Below are positions 19,062 to 28,358 of a stretch of 64,000 bases of DNA, in pieces. The position numbers were made by a program, and so were the translations under genes. This DNA is from Nitrosomonas sp. (GTDB taxonomy: Bacteria > Pseudomonadota > Gammaproteobacteria > Burkholderiales > Nitrosomonadaceae). The first letter of the stretch is position 1. Every line of letters starts with the position of its first letter. Location: assembly GCA_024282035.1 (NCBI GenBank), contig JAMWZR010000002.1, positions 49,954-113,953 of the forward strand. Direction: 5' to 3'. The notes beneath the pieces were generated by a model, which had not been told where the DNA came from, did not search any database, and saw only the letters and a list, made by a program, of their open reading frames with translations.

Positions 19062-19090
19062 AAAAATGCGCCTACGGGCGCATTTTTTTT
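19062..19090. terminator. Bidirectional Rho-independent terminator
   Basis: aaaaatgcgcc-tac-gggcgcatttttttt between the convergent porin gene and rluD. Confidence 0.85.
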
Positions 19091-19120
19091 GGTGGTGCTT
19101 AGTTCCTAGAATCCAGCTGG

Positions 19121-20149
19121 TCAGAGATTGGTATGGTTGAGTTGCCGTAGTTGCTGCAAGAGTACTTTCATGTCATCCGGGGAGGGGATCTCCCATTCCA
19201 GCGGAAGCTCAGACCGAGGGTGGATCAGCCCCAGTTTCCAGGCATGCAGCGCCTGTCGTGTAAACCGGTGCAGGATATCGGCGGTTTTGCAATCCACTTT
19301 TTGAGCTTTTCCGCCATAGACGGGATCACCTGCTAGTGGGTGTCCAATCGCGTGCATGTGTACCCGGATTTGATGGGTACGACCTGTTTCGAGGCGACAT
19401 TCCAGCAGGGTGCAGCCCCGGAATGATTCGAGAATACGATAATGTGTGCGAGCCGGCTTGCCCTTGTCCGTAATGGCCATTTTCGTGCGGTGTATCGGAT
19501 GGCGTCCGATGGCGGCATCGACAGTACCGCTTTGTACGACCTCGCCAATAACCAGTGCAATATACTGACGTTTTACGCTACGTTGCTGCAATTGCCGCAC
19601 CAGACTGGTTTGTGCCTCAAGGGTCTTCGCAACGACCAGTAATCCACTGGTGTCTTTATCCAGTCTGTGCACGATTCCTGCGCGAGGAATGTGGTGCAGC
19701 TGAGGGGCGTGATGCAGCAGGGCATTCAGTAATGTGCCTTGCCAGTTGCCATTGCCAGGGTGGGTGACCAGTCCCGCTGGTTTGTTGATGACAATGAGCG
19801 ATTCATCTTCGAAAATTACGTCAAGACCGATGACTTCGGGCTGATGCACGGTTTCACATCCAGGAATTTCCGGCGGGTTGATGTGCACGGATTCGTTGCC
19901 CCACACCTTTTGTTTGATCGTTGTATTGCGGCCATCGAGCAATACATGATTTTCGCTTATCCAGGTTTGCAAGCGACTGCGCGACCATTGCGGCAATAAC
20001 TTGGCCAATGCCTGGTCGAGACGCTGACCTGCATATTCGGTCGGAATGGTCAGATTGATTGCAGCAGGGGCTTGCTCATCGTGTGCTTGTTGCGGGGGCT
20101 TTACGTTATAATGCCCGAATGTGCTTTTGTTATTTACGGAATCAGTCAT
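19121..20149 (-). CDS. rluD: 23S rRNA pseudouridine synthase RluD
   Basis: S4 domain (GQRLDQALAKL...SRSRLQ), HRLDKDTSGL catalytic motif and LETGRTHQIRVH. Confidence 0.96.
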   Translation of the reverse strand: MTDSVNNKSTFGHYNVKPPQQAHDEQAPAAINLTIPTEYAGQRLDQALAKLLPQWSRSRLQTWISENHVLLDGRNTTIKQKVWGNESVHINPPEIPGCETVHQPEVIGLDVIFEDESLIVINKPAGLVTHPGNGNWQGTLLNALLHHAPQLHHIPRAGIVHRLDKDTSGLLVVAKTLEAQTSLVRQLQQRSVKRQYIALVIGEVVQSGTVDAAIGRHPIHRTKMAITDKGKPARTHYRILESFRGCTLLECRLETGRTHQIRVHMHAIGHPLAGDPVYGGKAQKVDCKTADILHRFTRQALHAWKLGLIHPRSELPLEWEIPSPDDMKVLLQQLRQLNHTNL

Positions 20150-20951
20150 GTTGCGTAGTTTAGCTTTTCTGCTGACGTTATGGCTTACAGCCTGCAATTT
20201 ATTTCCCGAACGCCAGGAAGACCAACAGGATTGGTCTGCAAACAAGTTTTATAGCGAAGCGAAAGATAAATTGAACGAAGGCAACTATACGGGGGCCATC
20301 AAACTGTTTGAGTCACTGGAATCCCGCTATCCCTATGGCCGTATTGCCCAGCAGGCGCAACTCGAGATTGCTTACGCGCATTACAAGAACGAGGAGCCAG
20401 CTTCTGCCATTACGGCAGCTGATCGTTTCATCAAACTCTACCCCAATCATGACAACGTGGATTACGCGTATTACATGAGGGGACTGGCAAGTTTCAACGA
20501 TAACTGGGGCATGATGGGATTCCTGATGAAAGGCCCCCTCAAGCAGGATATGAGCGAGAGGGATTCCAAGGCGTCACGCGAGTCATTCGAGAACTTCAAG
20601 GAGCTGGTGACCCGCTTTCCGGACAGCAAATATGCTGCAGATTCCAGGCAACGCATGGCTTACCTGATCAATGCGGTTGCCATGGGGGAAATTCATACCG
20701 CGCGCTACTACATGAAGCGTAAGGCATATGTAGCCGCAGCCAATCGTGCGCAGAATGCCATCAAGGAGTATCCACGTACGCCAGCGACCGAAGAAGCACT
20801 CTACATCATGATCAAGGCCTATGAAGCACTGGAAATGTACGATCTGATGGATGATGCGGAACGTGTCATGCGCATCAATTTTCCAGACAGTCATTTTCTC
20901 AAGGAATTACCAGAAGTCGGCGCCAAGAAATGGTGGGAAGTTTGGCGCTAG
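20148..20951 (+). CDS. bamD: Outer-membrane protein assembly lipoprotein BamD (ComL/YfiO)
   Basis: Lipobox LTAC, TPR-type helices, RYPYGRIAQQAQLEIAYAHYK; divergent from rluD as is typical. Confidence 0.95.
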   Translation: MLRSLAFLLTLWLTACNLFPERQEDQQDWSANKFYSEAKDKLNEGNYTGAIKLFESLESRYPYGRIAQQAQLEIAYAHYKNEEPASAITAADRFIKLYPNHDNVDYAYYMRGLASFNDNWGMMGFLMKGPLKQDMSERDSKASRESFENFKELVTRFPDSKYAADSRQRMAYLINAVAMGEIHTARYYMKRKAYVAAANRAQNAIKEYPRTPATEEALYIMIKAYEALEMYDLMDDAERVMRINFPDSHFLKELPEVGAKKWWEVWR

Positions 20952-21076
20952 GTGAGCGCTGAGAAGTGCTCGTCAGGTGGGATTGAAATCGGTTCTGCTA
21001 CGCACCGTGTGCGCAGCCGTGCGATTTTAGCTGGCCAGAATTTCCCACTCTGGGTGGCATTAGTTTTTCCGAATTA

Positions 21077-21511
21077 TCACAAATGAATTGACAGCACGTC
21101 ACAGTGTGCATGATACAAAATCCCTTTTGCAGTAGATCCCACCAATACACCCAATCCATGGCGACCGTGCGAACCCACAATGATCAAATCGATGTGCTGC
21201 GCGGTGGCAAGCTCAGTGATTTCCTGCTGGGTTTCACCCCAGACCATCCAGCGTCGATCGGGTGCAATATCGAGTTGTTCGCAAATCTGGATGAGTTTGT
21301 TTTTTTCTGCTTCCAGTAGTGCATCGGCAGTCGTTTCCGCCAACGAAATGATGGTTCCATACGGCATGCCCGGCATCGGAATGTTGTCCAGGACATGAAT
21401 GACATGCAAACTGGCCTGAAACATCTGCGCGAGGGCTTGGGCTTTGCGGGCGACATGCAGGCCTTCGTCTGAGAAGTCGATAGCGACTAAAATGTTCTGA
21501 TACTGATTCAT
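21077..21511 (-). CDS. Universal stress protein (UspA family)
   Basis: YQNILVAIDFS and DLIIVGSHGRHGL...GSTAKGILYHAHCDVL motifs. Confidence 0.95.
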   Translation of the reverse strand: MNQYQNILVAIDFSDEGLHVARKAQALAQMFQASLHVIHVLDNIPMPGMPYGTIISLAETTADALLEAEKNKLIQICEQLDIAPDRRWMVWGETQQEITELATAQHIDLIIVGSHGRHGLGVLVGSTAKGILYHAHCDVLSIHL

Positions 21512-21594
21512 TGGAGATTCCTTTCTGTCAATGATGGGTGGTTTTGGAGACGCAATGGGATTGGCTAAGTCGATGAGTATCTTTGAAACTGCAT

Positions 21595-22470
21595 TTACTG
21601 TGCATCACGACGCAAGTGCTGCGCAAGAAAAGCCAATACATGACGCTCGTACTCCTTGCCGGCATAATTGTGCATGTTGAAATGCCCAGCTCCGGGAACA
21701 ATCCAGATTTCCTTTGGCGACCGGGCAGCATTATAAAGGCGTTCGGATTCGGACTGTGTGGTATGTGCATCTTGTGTGCCGGCAATGAACAGGATGGGTG
21801 ATTGAAGATCATTGATTTTGTCGATGGGATTCAGTTTATCCACAGTACTTCCGGTATAGAAGGATAGTTGGGATAGCATGACAGGCAGCAAAAGTGCTGC
21901 ATGATCTCCAAAGTGCAGCTTCAGGCGGTTGTGTACGGCTTCTTCGAAAGTAGGGTGTAGGGATTCAAGAATCACGGCATCGAGTTTCAAATTCTGAGGA
22001 GCAAGTACGAGAGCAGCTGCACCTAGGGAAGCACCGATGGCGCCCAGTCGTTCATAAGGGTATCTGTTGCGCAGAAATTGCACTGCTGCAACCACACTTT
22101 CCGATTCCTGCGCACCAAAAGTGATGCGATCGCCGGCCGTTTCGCCATGTGCATGCAGATCAATCATCAAAACATGATAGCCTGCCGAATGCAAGAATTG
22201 GGCGCGGCTTAACATCTCGAGCCGGTTGCTGCGCATGGAATGGACGAGCAGAATGGCTGCGCTACCGGGTCGGCCGTGTGCAAGCCAGCCATGCACCGCG
22301 ATCCCTTGTGTAGTGGGTATGGTTACGTTTTCGACAGGCAAATCGACAGATAGTGTTCCTACGGCACTGGGGGCAGGTCCGGTGAGCAACGCTCCGAGTC
22401 CAAAAATTCCCAGTAATATGGCTAGCAGGAAGGCTAGAAGCTGAATCGAAATTTTTTTTAGCATGGTCAT
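21595..22470 (-). CDS. Alpha/beta hydrolase with N-terminal membrane anchor
   Basis: GASLG nucleophile elbow, GTQDAH and GAGH. Start is uncertain (22470 or 22464; ORF track 22527). Confidence 0.88.
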   Translation of the reverse strand: MTMLKKISIQLLAFLLAILLGIFGLGALLTGPAPSAVGTLSVDLPVENVTIPTTQGIAVHGWLAHGRPGSAAILLVHSMRSNRLEMLSRAQFLHSAGYHVLMIDLHAHGETAGDRITFGAQESESVVAAVQFLRNRYPYERLGAIGASLGAAALVLAPQNLKLDAVILESLHPTFEEAVHNRLKLHFGDHAALLLPVMLSQLSFYTGSTVDKLNPIDKINDLQSPILFIAGTQDAHTTQSESERLYNAARSPKEIWIVPGAGHFNMHNYAGKEYERHVLAFLAQHLRRDAQ

Positions 22471-22849
22471 AAAATCAACAAATTTTGCAGGCAATGTGTC
22501 ATATTGAGGTGACAAAAGGATTGTCATTGCTTTTGATACTTGCCAGTTTATATCCTGATCAATTACTATGCTTGCGGTTTTTTGAATGAGATCGACAAAA
22601 GACGGTGATCTGGAGTGTAGTGGGTTGGCGTATCGATTTGCTTTGTTGAGCTTGGAATTACGACTGTATAACGTTATTCAGGGTTACAATGTGCAGTGCA
22701 AGGTAAACGGATAGTGGTGGTTTGCTTTGTGGGTGTGCAGATTGGATCGAAAAAGCCGTGTATGAATTTCAGTGCACGCGATGTGGCAAAGTTCTTGAAA
22801 ACCATTCAATTGCAGGGTTTCGCAATTGAACTAAATAGGGTGCATTACT

Positions 22850-24517
22850 ATGAACACTAGAGATCATAAGCAATTTCAGGAAAGAGTGCGCTTTTTGTTG
22901 GATTCGTTTGTGCAGGATTTGCCAGTCAGGATCGATGAAATCGAGCAGCAGTGGAGGCAGTTGCAGACGAAGTGGGATAGTAAGGCTATGCAGGCATTAC
23001 ATAGTTTGGTGCATAACCTGGTCAGCAACAGCATGACATTTGGATTTCCTGCATTGAGTACCGAAGCTCGTGCGCTGGAGCAGCTTTTCAAACGATTGCT
23101 GCAGGAAGAAATGTTGCCGAACCCTTCATTGGCCGATGATGTGGACAAACAGGTCTCCGCACTGAAAAAGATCTCTGTTGAAAATTTGCCCGAGCTGGAG
23201 AGTCAGATCGCATCGGCAATCGACACCACCGAAAATGTACTGTTCTCGCCTATTCACGATTCCAATCTGATTTTTGTGGTGGAAGATGATGTCGAGGCTG
23301 CACAGGAATTGGCCTTGCAGTTGCGTTACTATGGATACGAAGTCGAAGTATTCAATCATCTGGAAAAATTTCGTGCTGCACTCAAGCAGCGACCCAATGC
23401 CATCACGCTGATGGATATCGAATTCCCCGGTGATGCCATGGGCGGAATTCATTTCATGGAGAACATACAGAAGGAGTTGCCCTATTCAGCACGGGTCATC
23501 TTCATCTCGGTGCACGACGATATGAATTACCGGCTGGGTGCCGTGCGTGCCGGCAGTGTGGCTTTCTTTACCAAACCCATCAATTCCAACGAGTTAATCG
23601 ACCAGCTTGATCTGATCACCGCTTCGCAGGTGCAGGAGCCGTTTCGCGTGTTACTGGTGAACGATAGTACGATCGAGCTGACCTATCACGCTGCCATTCT
23701 GGAACAGGCTGACATGATTGTCCGGTCGGTGTCGGAGCCCTTGAAGCTGGTTGAGGCGCTGAATGATTTCGATCCCGATCTGATCCTGATGGATCTGTAC
23801 ATGCCCGAATGCAATGGCACCGAGCTGTCCAGGGTGATTCGGCAAATGGATGGACTGATTAGTATTCCGATCGTCTATCTGGCTTCCGAGAATGATTTCA
23901 ACACGCAACCGGAAGCAATGAGTCTTCAGGGCGATGACTTTCTGGTTAAACCGATTGCGCCCTCATTTCTGGTGTCCGCCATTACATCTCGGGTGACGCG
24001 TGCACGTGCGCTGCGATCACTGATGATCCACGATGGTCTCACGGGATTGCTCAATCATACCGCCATCAAGGAGGAACTGGCGCGCGAAGTGGTGCGTTCG
24101 AGCAGGCTTAAAACATCGCTTTCCTTTGCCATGGTGGATATCGATTATTTCAAGAAGGTCAATGACACGTATGGACATGCAGCGGGCGATCGTGTACTCA
24201 AAAGTCTGGCAAGATTGCTCAAGCAGCGTCTGCGTGAAACGGACATAGTCGGACGTTATGGCGGAGAGGAGTTTGCGGTAATCATGAACGATACCGACGC
24301 AACGTCAGCAGCCAAGGTAGTCGATGAAATCCGTAACGTATTTTCCCGCTTATTGCATCTCAGTCATGACGAGGAATTCTCAGTGAATTTCAGTTGTGGC
24401 ATTGCCGATCTGGCGCATTTTCAGGATGCCGTTAGTTTGTGTGAGGCCGCCGATCAGGCTTTGTATCAGGCTAAACAAAGAGGGCGCAACAAGGTAGTCA
24501 TCAACGTGGGGGATTGA
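22850..24517 (+). CDS. Response-regulator diguanylate cyclase (Hpt-REC-REC-GGDEF)
   Basis: Helical N-terminal Hpt-like domain (HNLVSNSMTFG), two receiver domains (MDIEFP, MDLYMP) and RETDIVGRYGGEEF. Confidence 0.92.
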   Translation: MNTRDHKQFQERVRFLLDSFVQDLPVRIDEIEQQWRQLQTKWDSKAMQALHSLVHNLVSNSMTFGFPALSTEARALEQLFKRLLQEEMLPNPSLADDVDKQVSALKKISVENLPELESQIASAIDTTENVLFSPIHDSNLIFVVEDDVEAAQELALQLRYYGYEVEVFNHLEKFRAALKQRPNAITLMDIEFPGDAMGGIHFMENIQKELPYSARVIFISVHDDMNYRLGAVRAGSVAFFTKPINSNELIDQLDLITASQVQEPFRVLLVNDSTIELTYHAAILEQADMIVRSVSEPLKLVEALNDFDPDLILMDLYMPECNGTELSRVIRQMDGLISIPIVYLASENDFNTQPEAMSLQGDDFLVKPIAPSFLVSAITSRVTRARALRSLMIHDGLTGLLNHTAIKEELAREVVRSSRLKTSLSFAMVDIDYFKKVNDTYGHAAGDRVLKSLARLLKQRLRETDIVGRYGGEEFAVIMNDTDATSAAKVVDEIRNVFSRLLHLSHDEEFSVNFSCGIADLAHFQDAVSLCEAADQALYQAKQRGRNKVVINVGD

Positions 24518-24532
24518 TCATTCATGATCCCC

Positions 24533-25489
24533 TCAAATCTTTGCCGACACTGAAAATTTCTGTTTGCTGAAGTTGGCACGTTCATGTGGTTCCGGGTTGA
24601 TCGTCGCCAAGGCCTCGATCTGTGCGACCCGGGGCGCCAGTCCGGCATAATTGGCAACCTGGATGGAAAGGCCGGGACGCGCATTCAATTCGATGATCAT
24701 CGGCCCCTGATCCCGATCCAGCACAAGATCGGCACCGAGATATCCCAGTCCGGTCATTTCATAACAGGCAGCGGCGAGTTGCAGTAGCCTGTCCCAATGC
24801 GGCACGGATAGTTCCGCGAAGGTCTTGCGGGTGTCCGGGTGGTGCGATACGGGGTTGCCGAACTGCACTGCATGCAACGCAGCACCGGTTCCCATATCAA
24901 TGCCCACACCGACGGCACCCTGATGGAGATTTGCCTTGCCATCCGAAGCATGCGTGGTCAGGCGCAACATGGCCATGATCGGATAGCCCCGGAATACAAT
25001 GACGCGCAGATCAGGGATACCTTCATAACTGTAATCCGAGAATACGGGATCGAGTTGTATCAGTGATTCGATCATAACGGTATCGGGTTTGCCGCCAAGA
25101 CTGTGCAGTCCGCTGAGAATATTGGAAACATGGCGTTCGATATCGATCAATCGCAACGCTTCTCCACTGGGTTTGAAATATTGGTTCTGGTGGTGTTCGG
25201 TAATGACGAGTATGCCTTTGCCGCCACTGCCTTTTACCGGCTTGATGACAAACTGGGCATGCGGTTTCAGTATGTTCCCCAACGTCCTGACGTCATGCTG
25301 GTAGCTGACAGTGCCGAGCAATCGCGGTACGGTGATTCCGGCTTTCTGCGCCAACAGTTTCGTTTTCAGTTTGTTATCCACCAAGGGGTAGAGGTGACGG
25401 GGGTTGTAACGTGAGATCAAACCGAAATTTCGCTGGTTCATGCCGATAATGCCCAGCTCGCGCAGTTTTTTAGCGCTGGTCAGAAACAT
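24533..25489 (-). CDS. Alpha-L-glutamate ligase-like ATP-grasp protein (RimK-related)
   Basis: LGIIGMNQRN, FVIKPVKGSGGKGI, ANLHQGAVGVG and IELNARPGLSIQ motifs. Confidence 0.92.
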   Translation of the reverse strand: MFLTSAKKLRELGIIGMNQRNFGLISRYNPRHLYPLVDNKLKTKLLAQKAGITVPRLLGTVSYQHDVRTLGNILKPHAQFVIKPVKGSGGKGILVITEHHQNQYFKPSGEALRLIDIERHVSNILSGLHSLGGKPDTVMIESLIQLDPVFSDYSYEGIPDLRVIVFRGYPIMAMLRLTTHASDGKANLHQGAVGVGIDMGTGAALHAVQFGNPVSHHPDTRKTFAELSVPHWDRLLQLAAACYEMTGLGYLGADLVLDRDQGPMIIELNARPGLSIQVANYAGLAPRVAQIEALATINPEPHERANFSKQKFSVSAKI

Positions 25490-27026
25490 CTTGCTTTTCC
25501 AGTGAATGAAAACGATACAGTTCGGACAAACGGTAACCGGTGTACTGTCCCAGCACCAGGATGATTGCCAGATTGACCAGCATCAATTCGGGAAAGTTGA
25601 AAGTCAGGTATTCGACTGTGCGATTGGTCATGAACAGATACGCAATGATCGCAGTCAACAGGCTGCCGCCACCCTGGATCAGCACTTCTCTGGGACCGTC
25701 TTCTTCCCATAAAACCGACATGCGCTCGATGGTCCAGGACAGGATGATCATCGGGAAGAAAGTCACCGTCATGGCTTGATCCAGACCGAGCTTGTTGCTA
25801 ATGATGCTGATGCTGGCCATGATGGCGATCACCACGATGATGACAGCCGAGATTCGGGCCACGAACAACAGATTGAGCCGCGACAAGTAGGAACGGATCA
25901 ATAACCCTGTCCCCACAACAAACAGAAAAATGACGATGCCAGCCAGCAATGTCGTTTGAATCAGCGCCAGAGCAATCAATATGGGCATGAATGTGCCGGA
26001 AGTGCGAATCCCCACCAGCAAGCGCATGACGACGACGATCAGCGCGCCGATGGGGAGCAGCAGGATCATCTTGAATGCGGTTTGCTGTTCGATCGGTAGG
26101 CTATAGATCGAGAAATCGACAATGCCGGCCTGTTTGTGCAGGTTGTCGCGCAGAACCAGATTACGGGTGGGCTGAATATTCTTGATGATGGAAAAAGATA
26201 TCTGCGAATTCCTGCCGCCCACGACATCGAGCAAGGATAGGTCACCACGCTGCCAAATCAGAAAGTCTTTGGGTTTGCCAGTTTTTCCATTGTTCTGGTT
26301 GAATAGCAGCCATTCATCGTCGATATAGACTTCGACAAAATTGGTAAGGGATTGCCGACGCCGGCCATCCTCAAGAAATAAGCCGCGTACGATGCGTGAG
26401 CTGATACCTTCGAGTGCCAGTAGGTTGATGATCAACTGAGTCTTGTAGTCTTCGCTGGCACGTTCACTCAACAGCAGGCTCTGGTTCTGGCTGGGCATGC
26501 TGGTATTCAATGTGGTGATCAGCTCGCGCGTGAAAATTTCGGCATTGGCAGACCGGCTACGCACCTGATCCAGCAATGTGATGGCCGCAGTGCGGTGTAA
26601 TTCGTCAAATTCCGGTTTGATGAGATCCGGCGGGAGGTCGGTTGCGGGTACAGGCATATCGGGAGAAATGGAGTCGGTTTCGTACAGACTCAACCGATAA
26701 AATGCAGTCTGCTGACCAGTTGCTGTTCGCTTGCTCCATTGTGCGCGCCGTCCATTGGCCGATTGTAATTCGGCGAAACCATAATCAGGTGATGCAAAAT
26801 CTTCTTCCAGAAAAATAGTGTTTGGAGTTTGCGGGGGTAATGCAAACGATACGACGACCGGATCGCCACGTGCCATAAAATCGATTCTGGCTTCGATGGT
26901 CCAGACTGATTTCTTGTCATCCGGCAGCAAGGGAAAACCTAGCGCAAAATGCTTGTAAAGTGTCAACCCGATGCCCAGACTCAGGATCAGCACAACCAGA
27001 AAATAAAATCTAAAATTGGATTGCAT
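25470..27026 (-). CDS. Inactive transglutaminase fused to a 7TM domain (UUP1-like membrane protein)
   Basis: N-terminal TM, transglutaminase-like middle (LEDGRRRQ...EVY...W..F) and 7TM C-terminus (GTFMPILIALA, FFPMIILSWTIERMS, YTGYRLSEL). Confidence 0.9.
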   Translation of the reverse strand: MQSNFRFYFLVVLILSLGIGLTLYKHFALGFPLLPDDKKSVWTIEARIDFMARGDPVVVSFALPPQTPNTIFLEEDFASPDYGFAELQSANGRRAQWSKRTATGQQTAFYRLSLYETDSISPDMPVPATDLPPDLIKPEFDELHRTAAITLLDQVRSRSANAEIFTRELITTLNTSMPSQNQSLLLSERASEDYKTQLIINLLALEGISSRIVRGLFLEDGRRRQSLTNFVEVYIDDEWLLFNQNNGKTGKPKDFLIWQRGDLSLLDVVGGRNSQISFSIIKNIQPTRNLVLRDNLHKQAGIVDFSIYSLPIEQQTAFKMILLLPIGALIVVVMRLLVGIRTSGTFMPILIALALIQTTLLAGIVIFLFVVGTGLLIRSYLSRLNLLFVARISAVIIVVIAIMASISIISNKLGLDQAMTVTFFPMIILSWTIERMSVLWEEDGPREVLIQGGGSLLTAIIAYLFMTNRTVEYLTFNFPELMLVNLAIILVLGQYTGYRLSELYRFHSLEKQDVSDQR

Positions 27027-27796
27027 TACTTGGTTCCACGGGTCTCGGGTAAATCATTTTTCAATGTGGTGTACTTTTTACTGACATCGACTACGGCCAG
27101 ATCCTGGAGCAGATTGCGTCCGATCAGCACCTGGTGTTTGAAACGGCTGCGATTCTCCAGTGTGAAATTGATCCGTTCGTCGATATTGCCCAGCATGACA
27201 CGCATTCTGACAACGGGGCGTCGCAGGGATTCCCGGTTTCCCAGTTCCTTGACGCGAACATAGCGGCGCAGGCGTCGGGTCAATTCGATTTTTTCCCCGG
27301 TAATCGGGTGTGTCAGGTTGAATTTTACAAAAGGTTTACCGTCACGTTCAAACTCGACGATATTCAACGCGTTGATTGAAGATGTCTGGGCGCCGGTATC
27401 GATCCGCGCGCTGAATTCCAATCCGGGGGGATCGAGGTGCACTTGTTCAACGCCACCCAGCACGATCTTGTCATCCTTTTTGCTAACCGGTTCATGGGGC
27501 AGCGTTGTTTCCGGTTGTGCTTCGCAGACGCAATCGTGCTCAGAAACCGTGGCGTCGATGGAATCGCTTTCGCTGGTGATGTGGGCTGTGTGCTGCTGCA
27601 ATGATTTTTTTTGTTCTACCAGTTCGGCAAACAGGGTGACCAGTTCGGATTCCCGGGCGCGGATCCTGGCTTCGCGCTCGGACAAGGCAGTGGTTTGTGA
27701 ATCACATGCCGAGAGCAGCAGAAGCAAGGCGAAAACAGTAATGATGAGCAGCGGTACTTTGCGTGGATAGAAAATTGAGGAAGTCATAGTTAACAT
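27026..27796 (-). CDS. Retropepsin-like 'ATP-dependent zinc protease' family lipoprotein
   Basis: Lipobox LLSAC, coiled coil, ARIDTGAQTSS (DTG motif), RRPVV and VLIGRNLL. Confidence 0.88.
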   Translation of the reverse strand: MLTMTSSIFYPRKVPLLIITVFALLLLLSACDSQTTALSEREARIRARESELVTLFAELVEQKKSLQQHTAHITSESDSIDATVSEHDCVCEAQPETTLPHEPVSKKDDKIVLGGVEQVHLDPPGLEFSARIDTGAQTSSINALNIVEFERDGKPFVKFNLTHPITGEKIELTRRLRRYVRVKELGNRESLRRPVVRMRVMLGNIDERINFTLENRSRFKHQVLIGRNLLQDLAVVDVSKKYTTLKNDLPETRGTK

Positions 27797-27910
27797 GTGC
27801 GTCTCGTAACCTGTCGTAATCCATCACGGGCCAGGGACCACTGCTTTGTTCTTTCGTGATGATCGATACAATCGCCGGGACTGGTTCAATGAGTGGAATT
27901 GCGATAGCGG

Positions 27911-28336
27911 CTATGGGTTTTTCAGGTGAATGGGCAACGTCACATTTTTATACGTGCAGGCGTAGCGGTGACTTTCCAGGCAGTGTGAGGTCACGGTCAG
28001 CTGGTAAGTACCATTTTGCTCGTTGCGCGTTTCGAATGTGAACTCGAAATTTCCCTGTGAATCGCTGGGATACGATTGATCGATCGCCACCGATCCATCT
28101 GGTCGGGTCAGTCTGAAGTTAAGCAGCACATCGGCAGCAGGTTTGTCGTTATAGTCAACTCGGCCATGTAATGCGATGGTTTGCCCGATGAAATATTGGT
28201 TTTGCGGATCGATCAGCACCGGCTGGGAAATGTGGGTTGCAAATGATGTGGACGTCATTGCGCATAGCATCACGAACATCATCGTCGAGATGATCAGATT
28301 TGTTCTGGAAATCATCATGTCAAAAAAATAAACCAT
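27911..28336 (-). CDS. Hypothetical secreted Ig-like (MG2-like) protein
   Basis: Signal peptide ending SFA, then an all-beta pattern YFIGQTIALHGRV...RPDGS...SDSQGNFEFTF...GTYQLTV. Start may be 28318. Confidence 0.7.
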   Translation of the reverse strand: MVYFFDMMISRTNLIISTMMFVMLCAMTSTSFATHISQPVLIDPQNQYFIGQTIALHGRVDYNDKPAADVLLNFRLTRPDGSVAIDQSYPSDSQGNFEFTFETRNEQNGTYQLTVTSHCLESHRYACTYKNVTLPIHLKNP

Positions 28337-28358
28337 GGCTTATTGAAAAAAAGAGATA

